64,000 bases of DNA, from assembly GCA_965204575.1 (NCBI GenBank), contig OZ241993.1, positions 1,056,001-1,120,000 of the forward strand. Direction: 5' to 3'. A program made the translations under genes and the position numbers. Shown one piece after another: positions 9,054 to 22,526 of this stretch (its first letter is position 1; every line of letters begins with the position of its first letter). Under the pieces are notes generated by a model. That model searched no databases. It saw only the letters and a program-made list of their open reading frames with translations, and was not told the DNA's origin. This DNA is from an uncultured candidatus Porisulfidus sp. (lineage in GTDB: Bacteria > Pseudomonadota > Gammaproteobacteria > Poriferisulfidales > Poriferisulfidaceae).

Positions 9054-10354
9054 TGGCGCGTCGGCGAACCCATATTCCTCTCGACGTCTACCTCAATGGC
9101 CGTCTTGTCGGCCGGTTGCATCGGTCGGCGGGTGGAGCAGTAGAGTTCCGGTATGACGAGAGTTGGCTGAGTTGGGAGGGCGCCTTGCCGGTTTCACTCT
9201 CGCTGCCGCTGCGCGAGGAGCGCTATTCGGGTGATGCCGTCATCACGGTTCTGGACAATCTGCTTCCGGATGATGAAGCAGTTCGCCGCCGGGTCGCGGA
9301 GCGGGTCAGGGCCGAGAGCCATAGCGTTTACGATCTCCTGTCGAAGATCGGAAGGGATTGCGTGGGGGCCTTGCAGTTCCTGCCTCAAGGGTATGCGCCC
9401 GACCCGGTGGATGCGGTGGAAGGGCGACAGATTCCTGATGGCGAGGTTGCCGAAAGAATCCGCAGCCTTGCCATGACTCCGCTGGGCATCGACGAGACGG
9501 AAGCCTTCCGGATCTCGATTGCAGGCATGCAGGAGAAAACCGCTTTCCTCCACTGGGGAGGGGAGTGGCACCTCCCGCACGGCACGACCGCGACGACCCA
9601 CATCATGAAACCGCAGATTGGCGTATTGCCGAACGGGATTGATCTCACCCAGAGCGTGGAAAACGAGCATCTGTGCCTGAAGCTAACTTCCGCTTTCGGG
9701 TTGCCCACCGCGCGCACGGCAATCACGGACTTCGACGATATCCGCGTGCTGGTGATCGAGCGTTTTGATCGGCGCTGGGACCAGGAAGAGCGATTGTTGC
9801 GGTTGCCTCAGGAAGACTGTTGCCAGGCGCTTTCGGTGCCGTCGTCTCTGAAATACGATGCCGACGGCGGCCCCGGAATGTCCGATCTTCTCAACTTGCT
9901 GCAAGGCAGCGACACGCCATCGGTGGACCGGCGGCTGTTCCTGAAGTCTCAGATCGTGTTCTGGCTACTCGGTGCGACTGACGGGCACGCCAAGAACTTC
10001 TCCGTTTTCTTGGGACCCGGATCCCGGTTCAGCCTAACTCCTTTTTATGACGTGATGTCGACGCAGCCCGCCGTGTATGCGGGAAAGATCAGAAAGAACC
10101 AGTACAAATTCGCACTCGCGGTCGGCGACAATCGGCACTACGTCATGGACACGATCCTGCCGCGCCATTTCGTGCAAACGGCAGAAAGCAGTGGCGTGAA
10201 AGGTACGGTCGTTGAAGAGGTCTGCGCTGAAGTAGCGGGATCAGCCGAACACGCAATCGGTGAAGCGCTGGGTTCCTTGCCAGAGGATTTTCCGGAGGCG
10301 CTGGCCGACTCGATTATCCAGGGAGTGCGGGCGCGTTTGAAGCGGCTTCAGTAG
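9053..10354 (+). CDS. hipA: HipA kinase toxin
   Basis: RISIAGMQEKTA, TTHIMKP, ENEHLC, LPQEDCCQ, ATDGHAKNFS, LTPFYDV. Confidence 0.95.
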   Translation: MARRRTHIPLDVYLNGRLVGRLHRSAGGAVEFRYDESWLSWEGALPVSLSLPLREERYSGDAVITVLDNLLPDDEAVRRRVAERVRAESHSVYDLLSKIGRDCVGALQFLPQGYAPDPVDAVEGRQIPDGEVAERIRSLAMTPLGIDETEAFRISIAGMQEKTAFLHWGGEWHLPHGTTATTHIMKPQIGVLPNGIDLTQSVENEHLCLKLTSAFGLPTARTAITDFDDIRVLVIERFDRRWDQEERLLRLPQEDCCQALSVPSSLKYDADGGPGMSDLLNLLQGSDTPSVDRRLFLKSQIVFWLLGATDGHAKNFSVFLGPGSRFSLTPFYDVMSTQPAVYAGKIRKNQYKFALAVGDNRHYVMDTILPRHFVQTAESSGVKGTVVEEVCAEVAGSAEHAIGEALGSLPEDFPEALADSIIQGVRARLKRLQ

Positions 10355-10529
10355 ATGGCGGGTCGAGATCCGGGGATTTTTTCAGCAACTTGAACGCGAG
10401 ATTGAACAGTAGTATCAGTCATTTCCATGTGTTTTCCCTGTAGCGGATATGCCCTGATCCTAACTCGATTCCCGTCGCGTCTGTCAAGTTTATCTATATA
10501 GTCCCCTTTTTAGGCATTGAATTCTTCTT

Positions 10530-12414
10530 CCCCGATCTCCGAGCTAGGGCGATTTTGGGGGATTTTTTCCGTTTGGGGTTGCCCACCAAGAGATTTTCGA
10601 GCCGAAGAGGGTGATGTGGTCGGGTTTTGTGTCCAACCGCTGGGGGCTGAGGATGATTTTTGACGCTTCGGCGCCCTGTCGCGCAGGGCTCCGCTCGCCG
10701 CTCAGGCGGCCCGTGCCAGGGTCGCAGCCGAACCGGTCGTCACGAAGTGTCGTAGGCCAGGAACCCGGCCATTCGGTCCAGCGCCTGCCGGACCCGCTGC
10801 ACATGAGCCGTCTGGAACACCAGCCGCCGGTTGCGGGCATGCCGCACCACCTTGGCCACCAGGTGGACCCAGCACAGGCGCACCTGCTTCATCCGGGTCC
10901 ACAGCCAGTCGCGTCCGAACGCGGCATGCCGCAGCAGCGCGTTGACGTTGGCCGACAGCACCGCCAGCTGCCACCAGGCGGCGTTCGCCCCGAACTTCCC
11001 CGACGGCATCATGCCGCCGGCCAGGTCCTGCTTGAGCACGGCGTGCACCTCTTCGCCATGCCCGCAGCGCTCGTGCGCGAAGCGCACCACCTCCGAGGCG
11101 GTCATCCCCAGGCCCGCCCCCTCCCCGGAGCGCCCCGGATACGGCAGGTTGGTCAGATAGACCCGGTAGCGGTACGCCGGACGCCCGGACCTCGCCGGCG
11201 TCTCGTCCGGGTTCACCCCCAACACGCCCGGCAAGACACGCCGGGTGCCGACATGGCGCAGCAGCTGCCCCCGGGACTGCCGCGCGCCCCACGGCGAGAC
11301 ATAATCCAGGTCGGCGCATTCCAGTTCCGGCTCCGAGGCCCGCACCGGCTCCCACCACTGCTCCGGCGTCGCCCCCACGGCCTCGCGTAGTTCTTCTCTC
11401 TGCGGCGCGCCGACCACGAAGCCGATCACGCCGAAGCGGCGCAATGCCGCCGGGCGCGAAGCCGGCACGTTGCAGAAGCGGATCAGCCGGTTCTGGCAAC
11501 CCGCCCCGTCCGAACGCAGCCACACCCGCCGCACCTCCGGCGGCAGCCCCGACAGCACCCGCTGGAGCATCTCCAGGTTGCCCACCGAGGCCGGCACGTT
11601 GCCGTCGCGGAACTGGCTCGCCAGCACCATGCCCAACTCCGGGCAGAACATCGACAGCGGCTGGTAGCCCCGCTCGCCCGGAACCTCGCCGGTCGAACTG
11701 CGGTAGGTCGGCTGCGCCTCGCGCTTGCCCGAGGCCAGCACCGTCGCATCCAGGTCCAGGGTCAACTCGTCCAGCCCCAGGCGCCGGATCAGGCCCCGCG
11801 CCAGCCGCCGGTTGACCGCCTCGACCAGTTGCAGGGCCGCCGCCGGCTCCGGCACCACCGCCGCGCCCTTCACGCGCGCCGCACCGGCCGCCGCATCATG
11901 GAAACGCCGCAGCCAGTCATGCACCGCATTGGCGGACGGGAAGGTGCGCCCGCGCCCCCCGCGGAAGCGCGCCGCCAGCCCCGCCGGCATCACCCCCAGA
12001 AGCTCCGGTTCGTAGTCGCGCACCAGTCGGCACAGGCTGCGGTCCGCCTCCAGCGCGTCCACGTCCGAGACCCGCTCGTGACCGATCACGTTGAGCAGCA
12101 GCACGGTCAGCATCATCTGGCCGTCGCGCCAGCCCTGCGCCCCGGCCACCTGCACCGGAAGGGTCCGAAACGCCCCGCTGCGGCGCAGCAGCTCCAGCCA
12201 CAGCACGGCCCCGCCACAGGCGCTGGTTCGGCTTAACTTGGGGTCGCCCCCAATGGCGACCAAAGGGGAAAAGTTCGACATATAATGAGACTCCCGGTTG
12301 GTTGTTCCCGGTTCACCCAATGGGTGAAACTTTTGCACCACCGATTTTAACCGTTTCACTCGGTTAAATAAGCGCCAACCGGGACCTCGCTCTCATTTAG
12401 CTCGGATATCGGGG
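10530..12414 (-). mobile_element. Complete IS1380-family insertion sequence
   Basis: 17-bp terminal inverted repeats CCCCGATCTCCGAGCTA (10530-10546) / TAGCTCGGATATCGGGG (12398-12414), 1 mismatch; 5-bp target duplication TTCTT at 10525-10529 and 12415-12419. Confidence 0.9.
10740..12281 (-). CDS. IS1380-family DDE transposase
   Basis: LTLDLDAT, GYQPL, FRDGNVPA, LRSDGAG, ERCGHGEEVHAVLKQDL..PSGKFGANAAWW; ATG at 12281 follows GGGAG. Confidence 0.88.
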   Translation of the reverse strand: MSNFSPLVAIGGDPKLSRTSACGGAVLWLELLRRSGAFRTLPVQVAGAQGWRDGQMMLTVLLLNVIGHERVSDVDALEADRSLCRLVRDYEPELLGVMPAGLAARFRGGRGRTFPSANAVHDWLRRFHDAAAGAARVKGAAVVPEPAAALQLVEAVNRRLARGLIRRLGLDELTLDLDATVLASGKREAQPTYRSSTGEVPGERGYQPLSMFCPELGMVLASQFRDGNVPASVGNLEMLQRVLSGLPPEVRRVWLRSDGAGCQNRLIRFCNVPASRPAALRRFGVIGFVVGAPQREELREAVGATPEQWWEPVRASEPELECADLDYVSPWGARQSRGQLLRHVGTRRVLPGVLGVNPDETPARSGRPAYRYRVYLTNLPYPGRSGEGAGLGMTASEVVRFAHERCGHGEEVHAVLKQDLAGGMMPSGKFGANAAWWQLAVLSANVNALLRHAAFGRDWLWTRMKQVRLCWVHLVAKVVRHARNRRLVFQTAHVQRVRQALDRMAGFLAYDTS

Positions 12415-12456
12415 TTCTTTATTTCCTCCTATAATAAGTAAAGGAGGATTTTATAG

Positions 12457-12711
12457 ATGCCTTTAAACATCAAAAATATTGCTACTCATGCGTTAGCAAA
12501 GAAAATCGCAACCTTAACTGGGGAGTCTATGACTAAGGTTGTCACAGAGGCTCTCCAGGAGAAATTGGTGCAAGTGGAAAAGGCAAAAGGCCGCGTTGGA
12601 CTGGCGGAGGAACTTGATCGCATTGCCTTGCACTGTGCCAGTCTACCAAGGCGCGATGACAGAAGCCCCGACGAGATCATTGGTTACGACGACCACGGGC
12701 TACCCCAGTGA
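12457..12711 (+). CDS. vapB: VapB antitoxin (Rv0623-like)
   Basis: MPLNIKN..HALAKKIA..TGESMT...IIGYDDHGLP; AAGGAGG SD. Confidence 0.9.
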   Translation: MPLNIKNIATHALAKKIATLTGESMTKVVTEALQEKLVQVEKAKGRVGLAEELDRIALHCASLPRRDDRSPDEIIGYDDHGLPQ

Positions 12712-13129
12712 TCGCCATTGATGCGTCTGCTCTCATCGCGATTCTGAGCGATGAACCGGAACGAAGTGGTTTCAACAAACTGATCGAGTCGGAAGAATTT
12801 GCGTACATTAGTGCTGCCAGCCTACTTGAGACCCGTATAGTTCTGTTTTCTCGCTTTGGTGACGATGGAGTCTTGGCTTTGGATTCGTTCCTTCTGAAAA
12901 GTGGCATCACTGTTGTCGAGGTCTCTCCCCGCATGGGCGCATTGCATTTGAGGCATACCAGCGTTTTGGCAAAGGGACAGGCCATGGCGCATCTCTAAAT
13001 TACGGAGACTGTTTTTCGTATGCTTTGGCAAAATATCTGGATGCTCCACTTCTCTTTAAGGGCGATGACTTTTCCAAAACAGACATTTTCTCGACGTTGG
13101 TCGATACAGGAGAAACAGGTCAGCACTGA
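12708..13129 (+). pseudogene. vapC: Frameshifted VapC toxin
   Basis: IAIDASALIAIL..EP N-terminus; after about 12938 the conserved IAFEAYQRFGKG..LNYGDCFSYALAK..LLFKGDDFSKTD continues in another frame to TGA 13127-13129. Confidence 0.88.
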
Positions 13130-13288
13130 GCAAGTGACTGAAGATCAAATGTCTGCATTGATCCTTGTCGCATGTGGATTGTAAAACTGCAAAACTGATG
13201 TCCAAGACAAATCACTGGTGTTGTACCTCAGAGTTGAACCTGGGTCTTATAAAATATCCCGGTATCGGATTCATACAGGAACGGTAAC

Positions 13289-14164
13289 ATGGGAAATACC
13301 GAGGAATGCTATAAAGTTTGCCGTGAGAATATATCGGAGGCAGGACTATGGGTAGTGAAGTCAGAATATTGCGTGGTCCGTGCTTTGAGATCTCCACGGT
13401 GGTCAAAAACTTCTCAGCGTGACGAATCATCTAGGCCAGGTGTTTACATTCTTGCTGATGGAGCTAAAGAAAAGATTTACATTGGTCAAACCGATACTCT
13501 TCAGAAGAGAATACGTACTCATAAAAATAATAGATTCGATTGGTGGGAAGAAATGTTGTGGATTACCCCGGATGGAAGCTACCGGTTCGGGACAGACCGT
13601 AGACGCTACGTGGAATCCAAGCTGATAAGCCAAGCCCGGAAGCAAGAGATCGAATTGAAAAATGATCAGTTTCCAGAACCACCTCAGCTAGACCTAGATG
13701 AGCAAAAAGACCTAGATGAAAAGGTTCTAAATCCCATTCTCCAGATATTTATTCCTTTGATGATGGGCTTCAATTTTGTGTTGCCATCGCCCCAGAGAGA
13801 TACTGAACCAGGTTGTACTGAGTTTGAAATTATTCCGCAACAAGAGAGCATCAAGGCCTTTGCGAAGATAGTTGGCGGCAAATGGATTGTGCAAAAAGGT
13901 TCTCAAGCCCGCAAAGATTGGATGGGAGGTGCGAGAACGAAAGAGCTCATTAAGGGGGCATACCACAATCTGTATCAGTCTTTAAAGAAACAGGATATTC
14001 TTCGCGAATACGAGGAATTCTGTGTTTTCACCGAAGACCATGAATTTGATAGTCCTAGTGCGGCCGCATCTGTCATCTACGGACGACAGGCCGCGGGTCC
14101 TCGCAATTGGAATGTGAGAGGCGAAGACAAAACCTACCGGGAATGGGAAAAAGAGAACCTATAA
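13289..14164 (+). CDS. GIY-YIG nuclease with C-terminal DUF4357 (RAMA-like) domain
   Basis: PGVYIL...IYIGQTD..KRIRTH; [25 protein letters not shown]; low GC. Confidence 0.8.
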   Translation: MGNTEECYKVCRENISEAGLWVVKSEYCVVRALRSPRWSKTSQRDESSRPGVYILADGAKEKIYIGQTDTLQKRIRTHKNNRFDWWEEMLWITPDGSYRFGTDRRRYVESKLISQARKQEIELKNDQFPEPPQLDLDEQKDLDEKVLNPILQIFIPLMMGFNFVLPSPQRDTEPGCTEFEIIPQQESIKAFAKIVGGKWIVQKGSQARKDWMGGARTKELIKGAYHNLYQSLKKQDILREYEEFCVFTEDHEFDSPSAAASVIYGRQAAGPRNWNVRGEDKTYREWEKENL

Positions 14165-14172
14165 ATCCTCCA

Positions 14173-16098
14173 GTGCCTGTCGTAACCCTTCCTGACGGTT
14201 CCACCCGCGAGTTCAAGCAGCCGGTCACGGTGATGCAGATCGCCGAGGACATCGGTGCGGGCCTTGCCAAGGCGGCATTGGCCGGCCGGGTCAACGGGCG
14301 GTTGGTGGATGCCTGCGTCGAGGTGGACGAGGACGCCGAAGTTTCCATCATCACCAATCGCGACGAGGAAGGCATCGAGATCCTGCGCCATTCGCTGGCA
14401 CACATGCTGGGGCAGGCGGTCAAGCAACTGTATCCAGACGCCCAGATGGCGGTCGGCCCGGTGATCAAGGACGGGTTCTACTACGACATCGCCCACAAGG
14501 AATCCTTCACCGAGGAAGACCTTGAGAAGATCGAGGCCAAGGTGCAGGAGCTGATCGCACAGGACTATGACGTGCTGCGCGAAGTGGTGACCCGAGAGCG
14601 GGCCCGCGAAGAATTCGAGGGACGTGGCGAAACCTACAAGGTGCAGATCGTCGACGAGATCCCGGAAGGCGAGGAAATCGCGCTGTACCACCACCAGGAA
14701 TACGTCGACATGTGTCGTGGCCCGCATGTCCCGAACACCCGCCACCTGCGGGCGTTCAAGTTGACCAAACTGGCGGGCGCCTACTGGCGGGGCGACTCCC
14801 GCAACGAGATGCTGCAGCGCATCTACGGCACCGTCTGGCCGGACGCCAAGCAGCTTCGGGCCTACCTCCACCGGCTGGAGGAAGCGCAGAAGCGCGACCA
14901 CCGCAAGCTGGGGCGCGCGATGGACCTGTTCCATTTCCAGGAGGAAGCGCCGGGCATGGTGTTCTGGCACGCCAACGGCTGGATCCTGTATCGCCAGTTG
15001 GAAAGTTACATTCGCGAACGCCTGGACCAGACGGGCTACCAGGAGGTGCACACTCCGCAGATACTGGATCGCAGCCTTTGGGAGCGGTCCGGGCACTGGG
15101 ACAAGTTCGGCGAGATGATCTTCACCACCGAGTCCGAGAACCGCGAGTACGCGGTCAAGCCGATGAACTGCCCGGGTCATGTCCAGTTGTTCAACCAGGG
15201 GCTCAAGAGTTACCGGGACCTGCCGTTGCGCATGGCCGAATTCGGCACCGTGCACCGCAACGAGCCGTCGGGCACCCTGCACGGGCTGATGCGGGCGCGC
15301 CGCTTCGTGCAGGACGACGCGCACATCTTCTGCACACCGGAACAGCTGCAGGACGAGATTGCCGAGTTGATCGAACTGACGCGTTCGACTTACCGGGACT
15401 TCGGATTCGAAGACATCATATTGGGCCTGTCGACCCGCCCGGAGCGGAGGATCGGCGAGGATGCCCTGTGGGACCGGGCCGAGAAGGCGTTGGACGAGGC
15501 GATGACCGCGACCGGCCTGGAATTCGCCGTGCATCCGGGCGAGGGCGCGTTCTACGGGCCGAAGATCGAGTTCACCTTGACCGACTGCATCGGGCGCGAA
15601 TGGCAGTGCGGCACGATCCAGCTGGATTTCTCCATGCCGGACCGCCTCGGTGCCCGGTACGTGGACGAGAACAGCGAGAAGGTGGTGCCGGTCATGATTC
15701 ATCGTGCCATCTTCGGCTCGCTGGAACGGTTCATCGGCATCCTGATCGAACACTACGCCGGGGACCTGCCGCTGTGGCTGGCGCCCCGCCAGGCAGTGGT
15801 GCTGAACATCACCGATGCCCAGGCCGACTATGCCCGGGAGGCCATGGCACGGTTGCAGGCAGCCGGCGTGCGGGCGCAGAGCGATCTTCGAAACGAGAAA
15901 ATCTCCTTTAAAATACGCGAGCACACGCTCGCGCACGTCCCGTACCTGCTGGTAGTGGGCGATCGGGAACAGGAAAACCGGGCTGTCGCGGTGCGAGCGC
16001 GGGACGGCACGGACCTGGGGCCGGTGCCGCTGGATGAACTGGCGGAGCGGTTTGCTGTTACAATTCGCGCTCGCCGATCAAATCTGATGGAGGATTGA
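14173..16098 (+). CDS. thrS: Threonine--tRNA ligase
   Basis: GTG start, [38 protein letters not shown]. Confidence 0.98.
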   Translation: MPVVTLPDGSTREFKQPVTVMQIAEDIGAGLAKAALAGRVNGRLVDACVEVDEDAEVSIITNRDEEGIEILRHSLAHMLGQAVKQLYPDAQMAVGPVIKDGFYYDIAHKESFTEEDLEKIEAKVQELIAQDYDVLREVVTRERAREEFEGRGETYKVQIVDEIPEGEEIALYHHQEYVDMCRGPHVPNTRHLRAFKLTKLAGAYWRGDSRNEMLQRIYGTVWPDAKQLRAYLHRLEEAQKRDHRKLGRAMDLFHFQEEAPGMVFWHANGWILYRQLESYIRERLDQTGYQEVHTPQILDRSLWERSGHWDKFGEMIFTTESENREYAVKPMNCPGHVQLFNQGLKSYRDLPLRMAEFGTVHRNEPSGTLHGLMRARRFVQDDAHIFCTPEQLQDEIAELIELTRSTYRDFGFEDIILGLSTRPERRIGEDALWDRAEKALDEAMTATGLEFAVHPGEGAFYGPKIEFTLTDCIGREWQCGTIQLDFSMPDRLGARYVDENSEKVVPVMIHRAIFGSLERFIGILIEHYAGDLPLWLAPRQAVVLNITDAQADYAREAMARLQAAGVRAQSDLRNEKISFKIREHTLAHVPYLLVVGDREQENRAVAVRARDGTDLGPVPLDELAERFAVTIRARRSNLMED

Positions 16099-16100
16099 GT

Positions 16101-16619
16101 ATCAGCGCAGAGAAAGAGATTCGCCTCAACGAGGACATCAGCGTACCGCGCGTGCGGCTGATTGACGAGGGCGGCATCAACCGGGGCGTCATGGGCCTTC
16201 GCGAGGCCCGGCAACTGGCCACCGATGCCGACATGGATCTGGTTGAGATTTCCCCCAACACCGAGCCCCCCGTGTGCAAGGTCATGGATTACGGGAAATT
16301 CTGTTTCGAGCGAAAGAAGAAGGCCCAGCAGGCCCGCAAGAAGCAGAAGCAGATCCAGATCAAGGAAGTCAAGTTCCGGCCCGGCACCGAAGAGGGTGAC
16401 TACCAGGTCAAGCTTCGCAACCTGAAACGGTTCCTGGGCGACGGGGACAAGACCAAGGTGACGATTCGCTTCCGCGGCCGGGAACTGCACCACCGCGAAC
16501 TGGGGGAGCAGAAGCTGAGCCGGATCGAGGACGATCTCCAGGAATACGGCGAAATCGAGCAACACCCGAAAATGGAAGGCCGCCAAATGGTCATGGTGGT
16601 CGCCCCTCGCCGCCGCTAA
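16101..16619 (+). CDS. infC: Translation initiation factor IF-3 (probable ATC start)
   Basis: [19 protein letters not shown]; GGAGG at 16089-16093 is 7 nt before in-frame ATC. Confidence 0.96.
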   Translation: MSAEKEIRLNEDISVPRVRLIDEGGINRGVMGLREARQLATDADMDLVEISPNTEPPVCKVMDYGKFCFERKKKAQQARKKQKQIQIKEVKFRPGTEEGDYQVKLRNLKRFLGDGDKTKVTIRFRGRELHHRELGEQKLSRIEDDLQEYGEIEQHPKMEGRQMVMVVAPRRR

Positions 16620-16644
16620 TCTGCCACAGACTCACCGAACGATC

Positions 16645-16842
16645 ATGCCCAAACTCAAGACCAACCGGGGTGCGGCCAAGCGGTTCCGCAAGACGGCCAG
16701 CGGCAGGTTCAAGTGCCGCCAGTCGCATCGCAACCACATCCTGACCAAGAAGAGCACCAAGCGCAAGCGCGCCCTGCGCTCTCCGGATCACCTCGAATCC
16801 TCGGATGCCGCCTTGGCACGGCGGCTGTTGCCCTACATCTGA
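16645..16842 (+). CDS. rpmI: 50S ribosomal protein L35
   Basis: [20 protein letters not shown]. Confidence 0.98.
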   Translation: MPKLKTNRGAAKRFRKTASGRFKCRQSHRNHILTKKSTKRKRALRSPDHLESSDAALARRLLPYI

Positions 16843-16848
16843 CCGGCC

Positions 16849-17214
16849 ATGCCCCGAGTCAAACGCGGCGTCACCACCCATGCTCGCCACCGCAAGGTGC
16901 GGCGGCAGGCGCGTGGCTACTATGGCGCGCGCAGCCGGACGTTCCGTTCCGCCAACCAGGCGGTGATCCGCGCAGGACAGTATGCGTACCGCGACCGCCG
17001 TACGCGCAAGCAGGACTTCCGCCGGCTGTGGATCGTGCGCATCAACGCGGCGGCCCGGATGTGCGGCCTGTCGTACAGCCGCCTGATGCACGGCCTGGCC
17101 CAGGCGGAGATCGAGATCGACCGCAAGATGCTGGCGGACCTCGCGATGAACGAGTTCGACACGTTTGCGCAACTGGCGGATCAGGCCAAGGCCCGGTTGT
17201 CCGCGAGTTCTTGA
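16849..17214 (+). CDS. rplT: 50S ribosomal protein L20
   Basis: [27 protein letters not shown]. Confidence 0.98.
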   Translation: MPRVKRGVTTHARHRKVRRQARGYYGARSRTFRSANQAVIRAGQYAYRDRRTRKQDFRRLWIVRINAAARMCGLSYSRLMHGLAQAEIEIDRKMLADLAMNEFDTFAQLADQAKARLSASS

Positions 17215-20254
<3,040 letters not shown>

Positions 20255-20270
<16 letters not shown>

Positions 20271-20548
20271 CCAAAACCGACCTGGCAGCCCGTCTGGTCG
20301 ATCAGATTGGCCTCAACCGGGCGGAGTCCCGCGAGTTGGTGGATGCCTTATTGAACGAGATCAGCGCAGCACTCTGCGCGGGCGAGGACGTCCGCTTGTG
20401 GGGCTTCGGCAATTTCATCCTGCGCGACAAGGCGGCGAGGCCCGGCCGCAACCCGCGCAACGGCGAAGAGACGGTCATCGTTCCTCGGCGGGTGGTGACT
20501 TTCCGCCCGGGGCAGAAATTGCGCAAGAAGATGGAAGGCCATGAATGA
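20255..20548 (+). CDS. ihfA: Integration host factor alpha
   Basis: LTKTDL..GFGNF.LRDK..RPGRNP..RRVVTFRPGQKL; canonical position after pheT. Confidence 0.95.
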
Positions 20549-20888
20549 GAATGGAAGAGAGGGTCAGGCCGTCCTGCCAAACAAGCGGTATTTCACGATA
20601 GGAGAAGTCAGCAATTTATGCCAGGTTAAGGATCATGTATTGCGGTACTGGGAAAAGGAGATTCCGGCACTGAGTCCGAAACGCCGGCGCGGGCGGCGGT
20701 ACTATCAACGTGAAGACGTCTACCTGATTCGAGAGATTCAGGCCTTGATGCAGGAAGGATACACCCTGGAGGGGGCCCGGCAGAAACTCCAGGGGCGGTC
20801 TCCGGTTCCGCAGGACACGGCGCAGACCCAGGCCATACGGCAGGCCGTGGCGGAGCTTGAGAAAGTCGCCGAGATGCTCAAGGAGTAG
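20541..20888 (+). CDS. MerR-family regulator
   Basis: KRYFTIGEVS..HVLRYWE; conserved ihfA-merR-tRNA-Pro arrangement. Confidence 0.92.
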   Translation: MNENGREGQAVLPNKRYFTIGEVSNLCQVKDHVLRYWEKEIPALSPKRRRGRRYYQREDVYLIREIQALMQEGYTLEGARQKLQGRSPVPQDTAQTQAIRQAVAELEKVAEMLKE

Positions 20889-20941
20889 GGGTGACGAAAA
20901 GGTTGGGCGGGAGAAGGGTCCCGCGGCGTTCGGATACGGGA

Positions 20942-21018
<77 letters not shown>

Positions 21019-21051
21019 GTCCCGCCGTGGAAATCCGGGTTCGGCCCGACC

Positions 21052-21840
21052 ATGATCTGGGACCTGGAGTTGATCCTGGTGGTGGCGACTGCCGCCACGG
21101 GCCTGATCTACTACGGCCATTTCTTCTGGTACCGCCTGCGCCGCCAGGCCCCGCCGGTCCGCCGGCCCTGGTTCGCCGAGTGGTCGCACGCGCTGTTCCC
21201 GGTGCTGCTGCTGGTGCTGGTGTTGCGAACGTTCGCGATTGAACCGTTCCGAATTCCCTCTGGCTCCATGATCCCGACGCTGCTGGTCGGCGACCTGGTC
21301 CTGGTCAACAAGTACAGCTATGGTCTCAGGCTTCCGGTGCTGCACACCCGTATCCTGGAGGTGGGCAAACCCGAGCGGGGCGATGTGGTGGTATTCCGTT
21401 ATCCGAAGAATCCGAACCAGGACTACATCAAGCGGGTGGTGGGGCTGCCGGGGGACGAAGTGGTCTATGTCGGGAAGCGCCTGATGGTGAACGGGGAGGT
21501 CTATCCCCTGACGGACCCGCGCCCGTTCCTGGACGCGGTCACCGGCCTCCCGTACCCGTATCGCACGCAGTACACGGAAAGCATCGGCGGGCGTCGGCAC
21601 GAGGTCCTGCACGACGCCCTGTCCGAGAGCGTCACCGACAACTTCACGGTGCTGCCGGGCCACTACCTGGTGATGGGCGACAACCGCGACAGCAGCCGCG
21701 ACAGCCGGGACTGGGGGTACGTGCCGGAGGGCCACCTGGTGGGCCGGGCTTTCCTGATCTGGATGAATTACAGGCTCTTGCTGCCGTCGCTGACCAACCC
21801 GGAGGTTTCGCTGCTTTCCCGCCTCGGCAAGATCGAGTGA
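21052..21840 (+). CDS. lepB: Signal peptidase I
   Basis: EPFRIPSGSMIPTL, DYIKRVVG, MGDNRDSSRDSR. Confidence 0.96.
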   Translation: MIWDLELILVVATAATGLIYYGHFFWYRLRRQAPPVRRPWFAEWSHALFPVLLLVLVLRTFAIEPFRIPSGSMIPTLLVGDLVLVNKYSYGLRLPVLHTRILEVGKPERGDVVVFRYPKNPNQDYIKRVVGLPGDEVVYVGKRLMVNGEVYPLTDPRPFLDAVTGLPYPYRTQYTESIGGRRHEVLHDALSESVTDNFTVLPGHYLVMGDNRDSSRDSRDWGYVPEGHLVGRAFLIWMNYRLLLPSLTNPEVSLLSRLGKIE

Positions 21841-21848
21841 ATCGCTGA

Positions 21849-22526
21849 ATGGCGCAGATCGAGAACTGGTTGCCGAAGGCGGTTCTGGACAGCCCCGAAT
21901 ACCGGACCGCCCGCACACACCGCAGCGCCGGTTCGCCGCACAACGAGCGGCAGGAATTCCTGGGCGACGCGCTGCTCGGCCTGGTGATTTCGGATCTCCT
22001 GTGCGAGCGCTTCCCGGACCTGCCGGAAGGAGACCTGAGCCGCCTGCGCGCGCACCTGGTCTGTGGCACCATGCTGGCGAAACTGGCGGAATCGGCCGAA
22101 ATGGACCAGCTGCTGATCGCGGAGGCGTTGAGCGCGGCCCGGCCGCGCGCCCGCCGCGCCATGGCGGGAAATGCGCTGGAAGCGGTGATCGCGGCGGTCT
22201 ACCAGGTGTGCGGGTTCGAGGAAGTGCGCACCTTCATCCTCCGCCTGTACGATCAGGCCCTGAAGGAGCTGCCGCCCCTGGAGTCCCTGCGCAGCGCCAA
22301 GACCGAGCTGCAGGAATTGCTGCAGGCGAGGGGCCGGGAGCGTGCCCGCTATACGTTGCTCGAAGAACGGCCGAAGCATTCGCCGCGCTTCGAGGTGCAA
22401 TGCGAAGTGAAGGATCCGAAGGTGCGGACCCGGGGCACGGGCAACCGCATCCGCGAGGCGGAGCAGAATGCGGCGGCGGCCGCGGTCGCCGACATCCGGC
22501 GCAAGCGGCCCGGATGGACATCGTGA
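21849..22526 (+). CDS. rnc: Ribonuclease III
   Basis: HNERQEFLGDALLG; dsRBD KTELQE..AEQNAA. Confidence 0.94.
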   Translation: MAQIENWLPKAVLDSPEYRTARTHRSAGSPHNERQEFLGDALLGLVISDLLCERFPDLPEGDLSRLRAHLVCGTMLAKLAESAEMDQLLIAEALSAARPRARRAMAGNALEAVIAAVYQVCGFEEVRTFILRLYDQALKELPPLESLRSAKTELQELLQARGRERARYTLLEERPKHSPRFEVQCEVKDPKVRTRGTGNRIREAEQNAAAAAVADIRRKRPGWTS

